A DNA stretch of 63,570 nucleotides, filler included, from Collodictyon triciliatum (lineage: Eukaryota), in NCBI GenBank assembly GCA_043381765.1. It is 8 parts of 8 records of this genome, joined end to end, with 100 filler letters (N's around TTAATTAATTAA, not from the genome) between each part and the next. Parts side by side here need not be neighbours in the genome. Positions count along the whole stretch, not along the records: positions 8,153 to 16,200 come from JBHJMP010003611.1; positions 16,301 to 24,348 come from JBHJMP010003614.1; 6 more parts are not named here. The stretch is one strand, 5' to 3'. Under the pieces are notes generated by a model. The model was not told the DNA's origin, ran no database searches, and worked only from the letters and a program-made list of their open reading frames with translations. The number at the start of each line of letters is the position of its first letter. Position 1 is the stretch's first letter. Below, piece after piece: positions 12,260-24,448 of this stretch. The position numbers were made by a program, and so were the translations under genes.

Positions 12260-12401
12260 AAAAGAAAAAGAAAAAGAAAAAGAAAAAGAAAAAGAAAAAG
12301 AAAAAGAAAAAGAAAAAGAAAAAGAAAAAGAAAAAGAAAAAGAAAAAGAAAAAGAAAAAGAAAAAGAAAAAGAAAAAGAAAAAGAAAAAGAAAAAGAAAA
12401 A
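12260..12401. repeat. (GAAAAA)n microsatellite between the two tRNA-U5 units
   Basis: Directly visible. Confidence 0.95.
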
Positions 12402-13729
12402 GGAATGACATACCAGGCGCTCTTTTGTCCTGTCTGTCAAATAAAGCAGGGATCACGACCCATACCTCGACCTTCGAGTCTCTTCAGCCATATTCGTCCT
12501 ACAAGCACAACTTGCTTCAACATCAGAGTATTTTTACCGCCAGCGGGCGGATAATCCGCGTGGAAGCCTTTCGCCCATGAAAAGCGCAAAAACCCAACGC
12601 ACCACGCATCACACTAAGAGCATACGCGAGAGCATCCTGTATACTCGCACAGCATCATTCACAGTCCTATCAAATTAGTGCGCAGTTATGCAAATCAAAA
12701 CACTTTGGCACACACTGAAAGGAAGAATAAAATAATAATAAACCACTTTGGCATAAAAAGAAAAATACTTTGGATGATGAATCCGTGCATGCCGAGTCAT
12801 GATGGTTGGGTGTATGCATCCTCACCCCCCTTTTTGGTTGCTCTGATATTTCATCTGTTTATATTATTTTGTCTTACTGGTATCTTTGCTGCGACACTGA
12901 TATGAAGACATCAGGGGCCATAGACGTGTGGCAATATTGACAAATCCAGTGAATGGAGCGCACTCGAAATGGAGCATACAAGACAGAACGTTGTTAAACA
13001 ACATGCGGATTAGCCATACGCACAACAGTCAAGGGGTGCGCAGGAGTAAGTCGTAACCAAAAGGCTTCTAGGATAGAGATTATGAGGGAATTGCAGAGTT
13101 GGGACAACAAATGCCAATCTGGAGAGGGAGCTGAGAGCAGGAAGAAACAGACGGAGACAACGAACAGATGACTTCTGATTGTAAAGCAAACCGTGTTCTC
13201 GATTGTAACGAAAGGAAAAGAGTTGTATGTTTAGGAGCCACATCAAATGGGACGGCATGGGTTCTGAGAACCTTGGGGAGTACCAGAAAGGGCGGATGGG
13301 CAAAGATACAGGGAAGTATCCAAGGCTGCAGCTTTCTTGGAGTCTACTCTTGGATGGGGCGATGGAGATAAGCGGGGGTATATAGGCAAACAGAAATGAA
13401 TGAGAGGAGGATAGAGTATAAAGAAGCGAGTGACTTTTGGTGAGTCAAGAGGACGAGCGAGGGGGATGTCACGGACAAATGAGTGCGGTTGTACTCGTAT
13501 TTGTGAGGACGAGGGAGATGATAAAATAGAGGTTTGGAGGAAGTGCCGACAAAGAGGCGACCGCAGAGAGGGTAGGATGGGGATGGATTGAGGGGTTTGT
13601 AGGGGGGTAGAGCTAAGGGTGGGACGAGATTGGAAGGTGGAGCAGGTGGGGGAGACGAGGCGGGGCGATTGAAGAGGGCGTTTGGACGAGAAGGAGGTGA
13701 CAAGTATGTTTGCTTTCCGAGGCAAGAAA

Positions 13730-13811
13730 GACACTGTGGCCGAGCGGTTAAGGCGACAGACTAGAAATCTGTTGGGTTCTGCCCGCACAGGTTCAAATCC
13801 TGTCAGTGTCG
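13730..13811 (+). tRNA. tRNA-Ser (anticodon AGA), copy 2, identical to copy 1
   Basis: 82-nt sequence identical to 11374-11455, followed by TTTT terminator runs. Confidence 0.97.
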
Positions 13812-14034
13812 ACATATATATTTTGTTTTTGGCATATGGAACGCCAATCGGCCAGCATCACCGTTTTGCCCATCGCGCACAGTCTGATTAATTGCATCGG
13901 CTGCAACTGCATTTTGAGATTTGAGCCTCCAGACTTCTAGCACCCTCTGAATTTATTACCAGCATGTGAATAGTGGCTCCGAAATGACGTGTGGTCACTG
14001 TTGTTTTGTGCTGGATTTTCTTGATTATTAACAA

Positions 14035-14143
14035 GGCCTGCTGAGTTGCAGGCTGCAAAAATTGGCATATGGACAAAGTGTCTCTTCCCACGGTAATCTT
14101 TAGTAAAAGGCGAAAGATTAGTGCGCTCTGAGAAGAGACATAT
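14035..14143 (-). ncRNA. U5: U5 spliceosomal snRNA, copy 2 (variant)
   Basis: Same loop I, stem I and Sm site as copy 1. Five substitutions: three in the linker before the Sm site and two in the 3' hairpin loop. Confidence 0.93.
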
Positions 14144-14228
14144 CCAGGTACTGCATTGTGATGAGGTATGAAAACAATGTGGTTGCGGCATTGTGTGGTA
14201 TATGAGTAAGAATTAAGCCATTCAATGT

Positions 14229-14243
14229 ATGGGTTGTGGACAT
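14229..14243 (-). promoter_or_regulatory. Putative snRNA upstream sequence element of U5 copy 2 (ATGTCCACAACCCAT, about -100 to -86)
   Basis: Same motif and same spacing to the U5 5' end as at 11896-11910. Confidence 0.7.
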
Positions 14244-16353
14244 TACGGGTATTGCGGGGCATAAGGATACCTCTACGAGATGTGTTGCGCTGTTATGTCG
14301 TGTTGCGTCGAATGCCCTTTAATCGTTGCTGGGTTCTTCCTCGCCCCCGCTTGTGGACAGGCCGCATTGATTACATCTGCCAGCGAACAATGTCAGAATT
14401 ATGCCAGCCTCTCATCTTGTCCCAAAAGACCTGCTTGAGCCACATTCCTAGCGCATCCATATGAATACTCACATATCCTGTGTTATGCTTGCTGAGGGCG
14501 ATTATAGCTTTGTAAAGCATTCCCGTAAATGTTCTGTCACAGGTTCATCGGCTGTAGCTGGTTTGTCAATGAACCTGTAGACTTGCTCGCATAAGCAATT
14601 CTCTCGCTGATTTCCTTTAATTCTTTTCATCTACTGTACTTTCCATTTGCCAATCTACATCTGCCCTCTGCCATAGACCCTTAGTTCGCCTACTTGCACA
14701 ACCAAAACGCATTAAGTTTTCCTAAAATATGAATGAAGTTAAGGCATGGCCCGAAGCTAAAGTTCTGTGTAGATTTATGTATGTGCAATCTTTTGAATAG
14801 CCAATTACTCTTTTTTTTTTTAATTAATGTGGAGGTCTATGTGCTCCCGCAAATCGCGACTATATCCCACAAAACTGCATTTTCATTAAACGTTAGGGTT
14901 TTGAGGAATAGAATAAAACAACACTGTTAGCTGAGTGAAATATGTCTTTAGAGATTTAGCATCATAGATGTAATGAGTTTACATTATGAGATTTTATTGT
15001 GTTCTATTGTCCAATACCAGGGATATTGGGGCCTAATGCGGCGTTTGCTTAAACCCTAAGACCAAGCCCTCTTCTTCATATCGCCAGACATTACGAAAGC
15101 TAAATTGGGGTGCCTATTATTTTGCGGATAACTTATCGAGGATTGATATTATGAGGAAAAATAACAACCTACTGCCCAACATTTTTACACAATCGATTCT
15201 TTTCAAAATCGTAATGCTAACACCATAAGCTTTCCTCTTTTTTGTATTTTTATGATTGCAAAAACTTATGATCGGTAGCTTTATAAGAATGAAATATGAG
15301 ACTGAAAAAATTACAGTTTTCCTCACTAATATGATTTCCCCCCTTTATTTGAATAAACAAATTCCCATCACTACGATATATGGCAAAGCATAACATCAAG
15401 AGAAGTCGAAGGCCCTGGAGTTTGTGGTTGGGATTCGATTTACAGAGGAAAAAAAAATTGAGATGATAAATACGTCTTTGGTATGACTCATATTTTGGAT
15501 TCGAGATATGTATTTTTGGCAAAGGACCCAGCACATGCTAAAAACAAATAAATGGAAAATATGTAGTAACGACGGAGGCGATATACCTCGAACCAATACC
15601 GGGGAAAGCAAGACGAGGCTTCAATCTCATAAAACTTTTATCGCTCAATTATAGCAAAGAATTCAATTCATCATTCTTTGTGTATATATTATATTAACGA
15701 ATGATTTGAATGTCTAATTTATAGGCTGGGACTGCGGTTATCAGCATAGAGTTCTTTGTTTGCGCAAAGATTGTGAACCCGCACAATTAAAACCTATGTA
15801 CCATACTAATTGTTTGGGGGTTCTTAAAAATAGTTAAGAGTGATTCCACATTTAGAATCTCAATTTTTTGCCTCTTCCATTTTTTAAACTTCGCTTGCTA
15901 TCTGCGTTCCAGCTACAACAAACAGGCGCCAGAACCCAACAACAAACGACAGGCCACGTCCCTGCCCGCTGTTATATAATCACCGCGCTCATAGTTGAAG
16001 ATGATACAGGCCCCTAACGCGTTGAATAAAGTCAAAATAACTTTCTCTCCCCTTCTCAGTTTTCACTACGGGCAGATCTTTGTATTTCTCTCTTTGGATA
16101 ATAAACAAATAAACAAATAAACAAATAAACAAATAAACAAATAAACAAATAAACAAATAAACAAATAAACAAATAAACAAATAAACAAATAAACAAATAA
16201 NNNNNNNNNNNNNNNNNNNNNNNNNNNNNNNNNNNNNNNNNNNNTTAATTAATTAANNNNNNNNNNNNNNNNNNNNNNNNNNNNNNNNNNNNNNNNNNNN
16301 TTATCTTTTTTTATCTTTTTTTATCTTTTTTTATCTTTTTTTATCTTTTTTTA

Positions 16354-16434
<81 letters not shown>

Positions 16435-16523
16435 CTTTTTTTTATCTTTTTTTTATCTTTTTTTTATCTTTTTTCAGCTTTTTAAATTATCATTCCCTCT
16501 TTTAATCGACCTAATTGTTACAG

Positions 16524-19500
16524 CAAACAATCACGATAACTGAACCAGAGGCTCCTCTCGAAGTCAAAGTCCCTCATCCTCCGCGAAAAGTAGCGTTCGG
16601 ATTTCCTGGCATTGACCAAAAGCGTAAGCCCCATTCTCGGTTAAAAATAAAGTTCATAAACATTTCCTTTTATAAAAGCATGGATACACTTTTTGAAGAA
16701 AACTGTAAATATTATGAGCGTCAGATCCATGGTATCATTAAGAAAAGAACTAATATTGAATAAGTGCTTACCTACTTGATGGTCGTAATTTTTCATCGTA
16801 GAGAAAAACACCCTCGATGTAATGAAAGATGAAAATATCCCGAGAAGGGAACGCAGAATGTCCTTCGCATCAACAAAGCTGATGGGCTTTGGTAAATTTT
16901 CTAGTAAAAAACAAAAGCCCAATACTTCGTCCTCCAACTTAGATCTCAATAATCTAACTCTTAAGACTTTTCTTATATAATTTTTTCCGCAGATGACGAT
17001 GGAGAAAATAACATGTCCCTTGAAAGCAAATCATCAGACAATGACTTATTGGCTGAATACCACAAAAGAAAGGTTCTTACAATTCAATAAATAGATGCAG
17101 TCGTATTATACCCAATACGCATATTGTTTGAACCTTTGGTTATTGTATATAGATAATATTTTTGAAGCACTAAGTATTACTTTTCTTTGAATGTGGACTC
17201 GATACAATGTCATCCGATGATGTAACTTTCTGAAATATACCAAAACACAACTGAAGGATCGCGTGGGTCAAAGTCCGAAAATGTTTGTGTATATATGCCC
17301 ATGAATTTTTTTTCATTTTTTTAGCATTCAGACTTAATTGATATTCTCCATTAAAAATCGAATCTACTCTTCAGTCAACAAGAATAACTGTGTTAACCGA
17401 TAGAAACCCTTCGCGCATATTAATCTACGACTACTCAAGACCGAGCTACCTGGAGGACTCGCCTTCATCCCCATACATTCTTGTAAAACTGCTTTTACTC
17501 AACCATATTGTGGAAAAATATGCTGAGTGTATGAACAGGACCATGAATCATCCACAAGACGTACATGTTACGGTTTAGTGATCCCTTTTATCTCTTCTGC
17601 CCAAACTCTTTCATTCCAGGATTTATTATCCGGTTCTATGACCGAAAAAGAGTTTGCCATGAGAATGGAATTCCTCCCTTCCGACGCCAGAAAATCGATC
17701 GTTGAGGACTTTGCATCGGTTTTTAAAGTTTGTTGAATATGCAATGGCGAGCATCTACGATTATTTCTATATGAGAAAGCATCATTACTTTTTTTAAATT
17801 TTTATTTCTTTGGTATTTGATTTTTTATTTTAATTTTTAATTTTTAATTTTTAATTTTTAATTTTTAATTTTTAATTTTTAATTTTTAATTTTTAATTTT
17901 TAATTTTTTGCATTTTATTTATTTATTTATTTATTTTGCATGAACCATTCACCCATGTAAGGATTTTGTTTCTTGGAATAAATAGAAAGTGAACAAAATT
18001 CTGCAAGTGACGAACAAATCCCTTTCAATCGCCGCGGAACTCAGCACTGATAAGGCTCGTGACGGAATCACCGAGGACATCACCAAATTCCTTCAGTCTG
18101 AGCGGTATGAATATCAATGGTGATATAATTGATTTATTTCGACTGTAGTGGCGATGTGCAACCTTTTTGAATTATCCTCTCTTCAGGGCACTGTTATATG
18201 AAATGGAGGACATCACCAAAGACCTCATTTCAACAGATACATCCAATGAAGACAAGGAAATACGCCTGCAGATGGGACAGGTACATGGCAAATTTAGGAG
18301 GCATATACTTGAATAGTTTCTTTTAAGTTGTTCTTTTGGTGCAATGCATCGTTGGTTTCGTTTTGTTTTTTTCAATTAATCAAGTGTGTAACGTTCCCAG
18401 GGTTTGGCTGGAGCTACGATGCAGCTTGGAAAGAGCATCAACATCCCACAAGCAGCAAGGGTATGATTGATCATATCTTTAGATGTGTAAATGTATTTGC
18501 AGGATGGTTCTTACATCTTGGAACTTTGGGACTATGCTGCACAAGCTTAGAATTGTGATGCATGGTTGTAAACAATTGGCTCGTCATAGGATTCAAGGTT
18601 CATCAACGAAATCGAACCCGTCGCAGGGTCCGAAGTCGCCAGTGTCCTATCTACTCCAATCAAAGACCCGGTCAGCGGCAAGGTTGGTTTTCGGTAAATG
18701 CATAAGAGGCGCAATTTTTGATTTCCTTCGTTTTGTTCGTTTCTGGTTCTCCTTATCTTTCATTCATTTTTTGATGCATTTTAATTTTTTATGATAACGA
18801 TAATGATAATCTCATTTCGAAAGCATATTCTCTCCTAGGTCGTTGGAATAGTACAGGCCATCAACAAACTCAACCCAGAAGGATTCTTATCCCAAAATGT
18901 GACTTGCTGTTTTCCCATTTCATTTTGAATCACAAATTTGTTCTATTATCATATTTGACACGGAGTAACATTTTTTTTAATCCACGCCGTAATAGCCTTT
19001 TACATCACTGGACGACCAATGCCTACAGATTGTTGCATCACAAACAGGTTTATTGAAAATTGTATAGATTGCAAGCATTCACAAGTTTTGTTGAATCACC
19101 TTTCGCGAAAATTTTAATTCGAAAAAAATAGCGTCTGGTCAAAACTCTGAAAGACATATCCCATTTCTTATTGCGAGTATGCAAGCGTTGATATAATGAT
19201 GAATACATGCATTATTAATAATCAGTGCACTTATGCAATTTTAATATCGGTGCTTAGGAATTCTGCTTCGAAATGCCAAACTATATAAAGCATCTGTCAC
19301 AACCCAGCACCGCATATCAGTTATTCTGGAGTTATCACGCCAACTCTCCTCTGAATTGGATTTAAAGGTGCGTGCTTCTCATCGATATCATTCCGCACGT
19401 ATTCTCTTAAAAAAAAATTATTTTTTTTATGCTTTTAAGAAAAATGAGAAGGCATATTATTTTCCTTTATGTGCAAGACAAATTTCAATGCGGCCTTGAA

Positions 19501-22500
19501 GAGGTGCGAGATATTAACTCAAGATTTGGTACACACTTTATAGGCACTTTGCAGAGTTATCATGCAAAAGGCGCGAGAACTTTTAAAGGCAGATAGGTGC
19601 ACTTTGTTTTTAGTTGACCAGGTAAATGTTGACAGAGAATCTAACAGTGCTCCGTTCAATACTTTCTTTTACTTTGTGCGCACGGCCCCAAATTTCCCAA
19701 TCATGTATTCCACTGGTCGTTTGATCCTTTTCATAGATATTTTACTCATTACTAAGAATTGTATATCAGGAAAGAAAAGAACTGTGGTCCCAGGTGGCTG
19801 AAGGTGCTGCCGAAATTCGTTTTCCCATGAATCTTGGAATTGCTGGTCATGTTGCAACATCAGGCGAAACATTGAACATCCCTGAGGCCTACGAAGATAC
19901 TCGATTCAATCCCGAAATCGACCGAAAAACAGGTAAGATGTTCTATCACATGAGATTATATTGATTATGATTAAGACGGCTATCACCATTGGCAGTATGC
20001 GAAAGATGATGAGCCTTTTTTTTTTGTGGGCATTCAAACCGGTGTTATGTTTTACTGATATTGCCAAACTTACTAGGCTATCGAACGAAAACGATTCTTT
20101 GCATGCCCATCATCAATCCGATGCAGCAGAAAATTGTTGGGGTCACTCAAATGATAAACAAGGTATCAAAATTTTAATTTTAATTTTATTTCTTTTCTTG
20201 TTTTATTTTTTTCGAAATTAAGTTTGCTGATCTTGCTAATTGTAGTTGAGTGGACAGAAATTTGATGATGTTGATGAAGATTTGCTTCAGGCATTCAGCG
20301 CTCAGGTTTGTTTAATCATTCTGTCCAATGAAAGCAAAGAACATTTTTATGCGTGCAAATACGCAAAACATTTTGTCATAGTTTTATGTTTCTTAAGGCT
20401 GGTGTTGCAATCGAAAATTCAATTTCTTTCGGGGAATCTATCAAAGCCAGAACCCATTTGCAACAAGTGAGTTTCCATACTTTGACGGTTTGAAAAGGGT
20501 CGAAAATGAAAATCAAGGGAGCTTGCATCATTGTCCTTTATATATTCAAGACGTGAAGGATGCAGCAGTTTAATAGTTCGTCTGTAGGTTTTGGGGAGTA
20601 TAACGAGTTTGGTGATCAATTTGAAGGGAGATGGCAAGCTCTACACATCGAACAAGCCGCCGGATTCAATCTTGGGTGTTAGTGAAGAAATGATGAAAGT
20701 CAATGTGTACACGGAATGGATGGGCACATTGAACAAGGTAATTCGCGCTGATTTGAAACTATAGAACAATATCATTTTTTCTCTCTTTTCACTTTTCTGT
20801 ATTTTTCCTCTTTTTTCCTCTTTTTTCCTCTTTTTTCCTCTTTTTTCCTCTTTTTTCCTCTTTTTTCCTCTTTTTCTCTTTTTCTCTTTTTTCTCTATTT
20901 TTCTCTATTTTTCTCTATTTTTCTCTATTTTTCTCTATTTTTCTCTATTTTTCTCTATTTTTCTCTATTTTTCTCTATTTTTCTCTATTTTTCTCTATTT
21001 TTCTCTATTTTCTGCTATTTTTAACTTTTTTTTTTCAAAATTATTAATTAGGTGATGATGGATGACATTACAAGCGTCCTTGAAACCCACAACCCTGTTA
21101 ACTCTGGGGATTATATATACACTCTTCCGAACCAAGCGGCCGTAACAAAGACAATTACATATAGCATCGTCCCACTTCGAAATAAGGTTACCTTGTTTTT
21201 TTTTCTGTATATCAACATAGTGTTTGAGTAGAGCTGATCGGGAAGAATTACAAAAATGGAGACATTTGCCTGTGGAATTAACTGTTTTGCTTTGAAAATC
21301 ACTAGGAGGACGGAATTGTGTTGATTGTTAATGACATTACCCATGAAACAAAGTAAGTACACGTACTAAAATTTTTAGAACTTTATCGTGGCGTAAAGAT
21401 TTGAATGATAATATGAATTTTGTTTTGTTTGTGTATAGGTTGAAAAACACTCTGTCGCGCTACATGTCACCGGCTCTTGCACAAGAAGTGATGAAGGATG
21501 GAAGCCTGAAACTTGGAGGAAAGTCCCAAAAGGTATTCTTTCTTTGGCTTCTTTTATCTGGGTGAGACAGCCAAGAATGAAAGTTTTATTTTCTATCAAT
21601 TCCACCTGTTTTTTTTTTCTTATTTTTTGCTTCTTATTTCTTACCCGTTATGTATCATATGGGCTGTATATTTCACTTTTAGTGGAGAAGGAACGCTTGA
21701 GCTTGTGTAAGATTGAAGCATCAACTTACCATGTTTTATTCTTGATTTTTTATGATTGTTCGTATTATCATTTTTTTAGTTGTATATGCCTTTTTTTTTT
21801 TTTTTGAGATAAGGCTGTTCTAATTGCCCGGTTTTATAGACGAATGGAAATAATTTTCAGTCTAATGATACGTCCGAATTTGATATGAATGTTGAATAAT
21901 GACAACCTTCATGTGAAGCATACGTACTTGCTTGATATTCCTATATATTTACTCATATAGAAACAAAACAAAACAATAATATTTTCAGGTGACCATCGTA
22001 TTCTCAGACATTCGCAAATTCACATCCCTCAGTGAGGGAATGACAGCCACCAAAGTCGTCGACATGCTGAATGAATACTTCTCTAGCATGGTTCATGAGG
22101 TCTTTAATGAAAACGGCGTTTTGGACAAATATATCGGTGAGCGTTGAAAGCATCACAATCACACTCATTACAATCATTACAATCATCACAATCATCACAA
22201 TCATCACAATCATCACAATCATCACAATCATCACAATCATCACAATCATCACAATCATCACAATCATCAAAGGGGATGCATTGATGGCTGTGTGGGGCGT
22301 GCCTGTCCTCCACGGAGACGACGCCATCCGTGCGTGTCGCACAGCCGTGAGGATGATAATCAGTCTGAACGCCCTCAACGAAGTCCGAGCCGGCCGCGGA
22401 GAAATGCCCATCAAAATCGGGATTGGACTCAACACTGGGATGGTAGTGAGCGGGAACATCGGCTCGGAGAAGCGGCTGGAATACACGGTGATTGGAGACG

Positions 22501-22916
22501 GCGTGAATCTCGCATCGCGCATCGAGGGCGCCACAAAGTACTACGGCGTCTCCATCCTCATCAGCGAGTTCACGTATCTGGAGCTGCAGGAGCACGGGCA
22601 TGCGCAGGACTTTGTTGTGCGGGACCTGGACCTTGTGCGGGTGGTTGGGAAGAAGCAGCCGATCCGGATATACGAGCTGCTTGGATCCGTGGATTATCCG
22701 CCCTCCGAGCCGCGGGTGCGGGTCTCTGCCCTCTTCGCCCAAGGGCTGCAGCTCTACCGCTCGTGCCGCTTCGAAGCCGCATCGGACATGTTCCGCAAAG
22801 GCCTGCAGATTCAGCATGACCGGCCGTGCGAGATGTTTCTCGAGAGATGCATGCAGTTTCTTGCGCAGCCGCCTGCGCCCGAGTGGGACGGAGTCTGGGA
22901 CATGGACGAGAAGTAG
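16524..22916 (+). CDS. Class III adenylyl cyclase, GAF-GAF-PAS-cyclase-TPR (CyaB1-like); 5' end truncated by contig edge, multi-exon
   Basis: GAF motifs [53 protein letters not shown] and INK...FDDVDE. PAS/linker [19 protein letters not shown]. Cyclase [40 protein letters not shown]-terminal TPR and [10 protein letters not shown]. Confidence 0.92.
22151..22268. repeat. (ATCACA)n microsatellite filling the last intron of the cyclase gene
   Basis: Lies between donor GTGAGC (22137) and the AAG acceptor (22272); splicing restores DKYIG|DALMA. Confidence 0.93.
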
Positions 22917-23537
22917 GCGGCCAGCTGCGCTCTGCTTTGTGTGGGTTGAGTTGTGTTCTTTTAAGTTGGTGTTTCTTCCTCGCTTTCGCTTTGTTTTGTT
23001 TTGTTTTGTTTTGTTGTCGAGAGGGGAACATCGTTTGTGTTGCGGGTATTGACCCGCAGATAGAGAATAAGATTCATATTGCGCTCGTATATTGTTTTTT
23101 TTCTTTTATATAATTATTAAGAGAAAATTTTTTTTTATCTTCGACGATGGAGGGAAAAGGAGAAAAACTAATGACTTGTCTTGTTTTGTGTCCACGCCTT
23201 CAATTATTTTACTATCTTTTTATGTGAATGAGTGGATTCTTGTACCGAATAAATCGCCTCAATCGTAAGAGAATTATATGGCGCCTCTCAACTTTTTTTC
23301 CTTTTTTTCTCTTTTTCTTTTATTTCTTTTTTCTTTTTTTCTTTTCTTTTTTTTCTTTTCTTTTTTTTCTTTTCTTTTTTTTGATTTTTTGATTGGAAAA
23401 TCATTTACTTTGTCGTCGTGAAAATGCGTCTATAATAAGAGCTGAAACACACATTGAGCGTAAGAAAAATAGGAAGCCAACAAATGTATTCGAGAACGAC
23501 TTTAGTGTGGCCTGCAGCGCAGTCTGGTTTTGCGGGC

Positions 23538-24128
23538 TTATGCGACGGGGCGGAAAAACGAGTGTTGGAGAGCATCGCCGACCGTGATTCGCTTCTTCGG
23601 GTCCACCACGAGAATCTTGGACAGCAAGTCCTTGAGTCTTGTCTGTTGGATTGTCAAGAGCAAATAGGTTGAATTGAGGAAACATTGTGACAGCAGCTCT
23701 CAAAGTCTGTAAATAACTCCCTGATTTGTACGAGTTGCTACAATGGGGTTCCTTTTTCTTTTCTTTTCTTTTTTATTTTGATTCATACAAGGGGTGTTAT
23801 TGTGGAACCCAAATTCACAGCATCAGCAACTGCGCTCATCCCTTTCTTTTCTTAAACTATTCTTTATTCTTTATTTCTTCTTTATTTCTTCTTTATTTCT
23901 TCTTTATTTCTTCTTTATTTCTTCTTTATTTCTTCTTTATTTCTTCTTTATTTCTTCTTTATTTCTTCTTTATTTATTCTTTATTTTTAGTTCATATTCT
24001 TTTTTATCAGAAGGATTGTAGCTTACCACCAACTCGCGCTCCTCTTTTGGAAGCTTCACTCCCTTCGGAATCATCAGGTTGAATATGTCTGCGGTTGGCG
24101 TTGTTGGCGTGATGATTTGAATAAGTGT
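23538..24128 (-). CDS. Last two exons of a CMGC kinase, PRP4/PRPF4B-like (5' part lies beyond the contig edge)
   Basis: Spliced TLIQIITPTTPTADIFNLMIPKGVKLPKEERELV|TRLKDLLSKILVVDPKKRITVGDALQHSFFRPVA* matches subdomain XI and the preceding segment of PRP4 kinases. Confidence 0.7.
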
Positions 24129-24448
24129 CTGCGATTGCAAAATAAAAGACAAGGTTACTGCCACGTTTTTGCTGCACATGACTTAATTATTTCTGTTTGT
24201 CAACTTTTATCTTTTATCTTTTTATTTTTATTTTTATTTTTATTTTTATTTTTCTTTTATTTTTTCTTTTATTTTTTCTTTTATTTTTTCTTTTATTTTT
24301 TCTTTTATTTTTTCTTTTATTTTTTCTTTTATTTTTTCTTTTATTTTTNNNNNNNNNNNNNNNNNNNNNNNNNNNNNNNNNNNNNNNNNNNNTTAATTAA
24401 TTAANNNNNNNNNNNNNNNNNNNNNNNNNNNNNNNNNNNNNNNNNNNN

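Noticed and set aside
12773-12846. ATGATGA...CTGA pair suggesting a C/D snoRNA
   Set aside because: No recognisable rRNA or snRNA guide complementarity and only a weak terminal stem.
13048-13064. AAGTCGTAAC resembling the SSU rRNA 3' conserved motif
   Set aside because: Only a 10-nt match with no flanking rRNA sequence.
21683-21706. Possible 24-nt poison exon (AG...GTAAG) in a long cyclase intron
   Set aside because: The flanking exons join correctly without it (GGKSQK|VTIVFSD), and such sites arise by chance.
22104-23052. Long overlapping and antisense ORFs over the cyclase last exon (also 33031-33762 over RasGEF exon 1)
   Set aside because: Expected by-product of GC-rich codon usage and repeats; no protein motifs.
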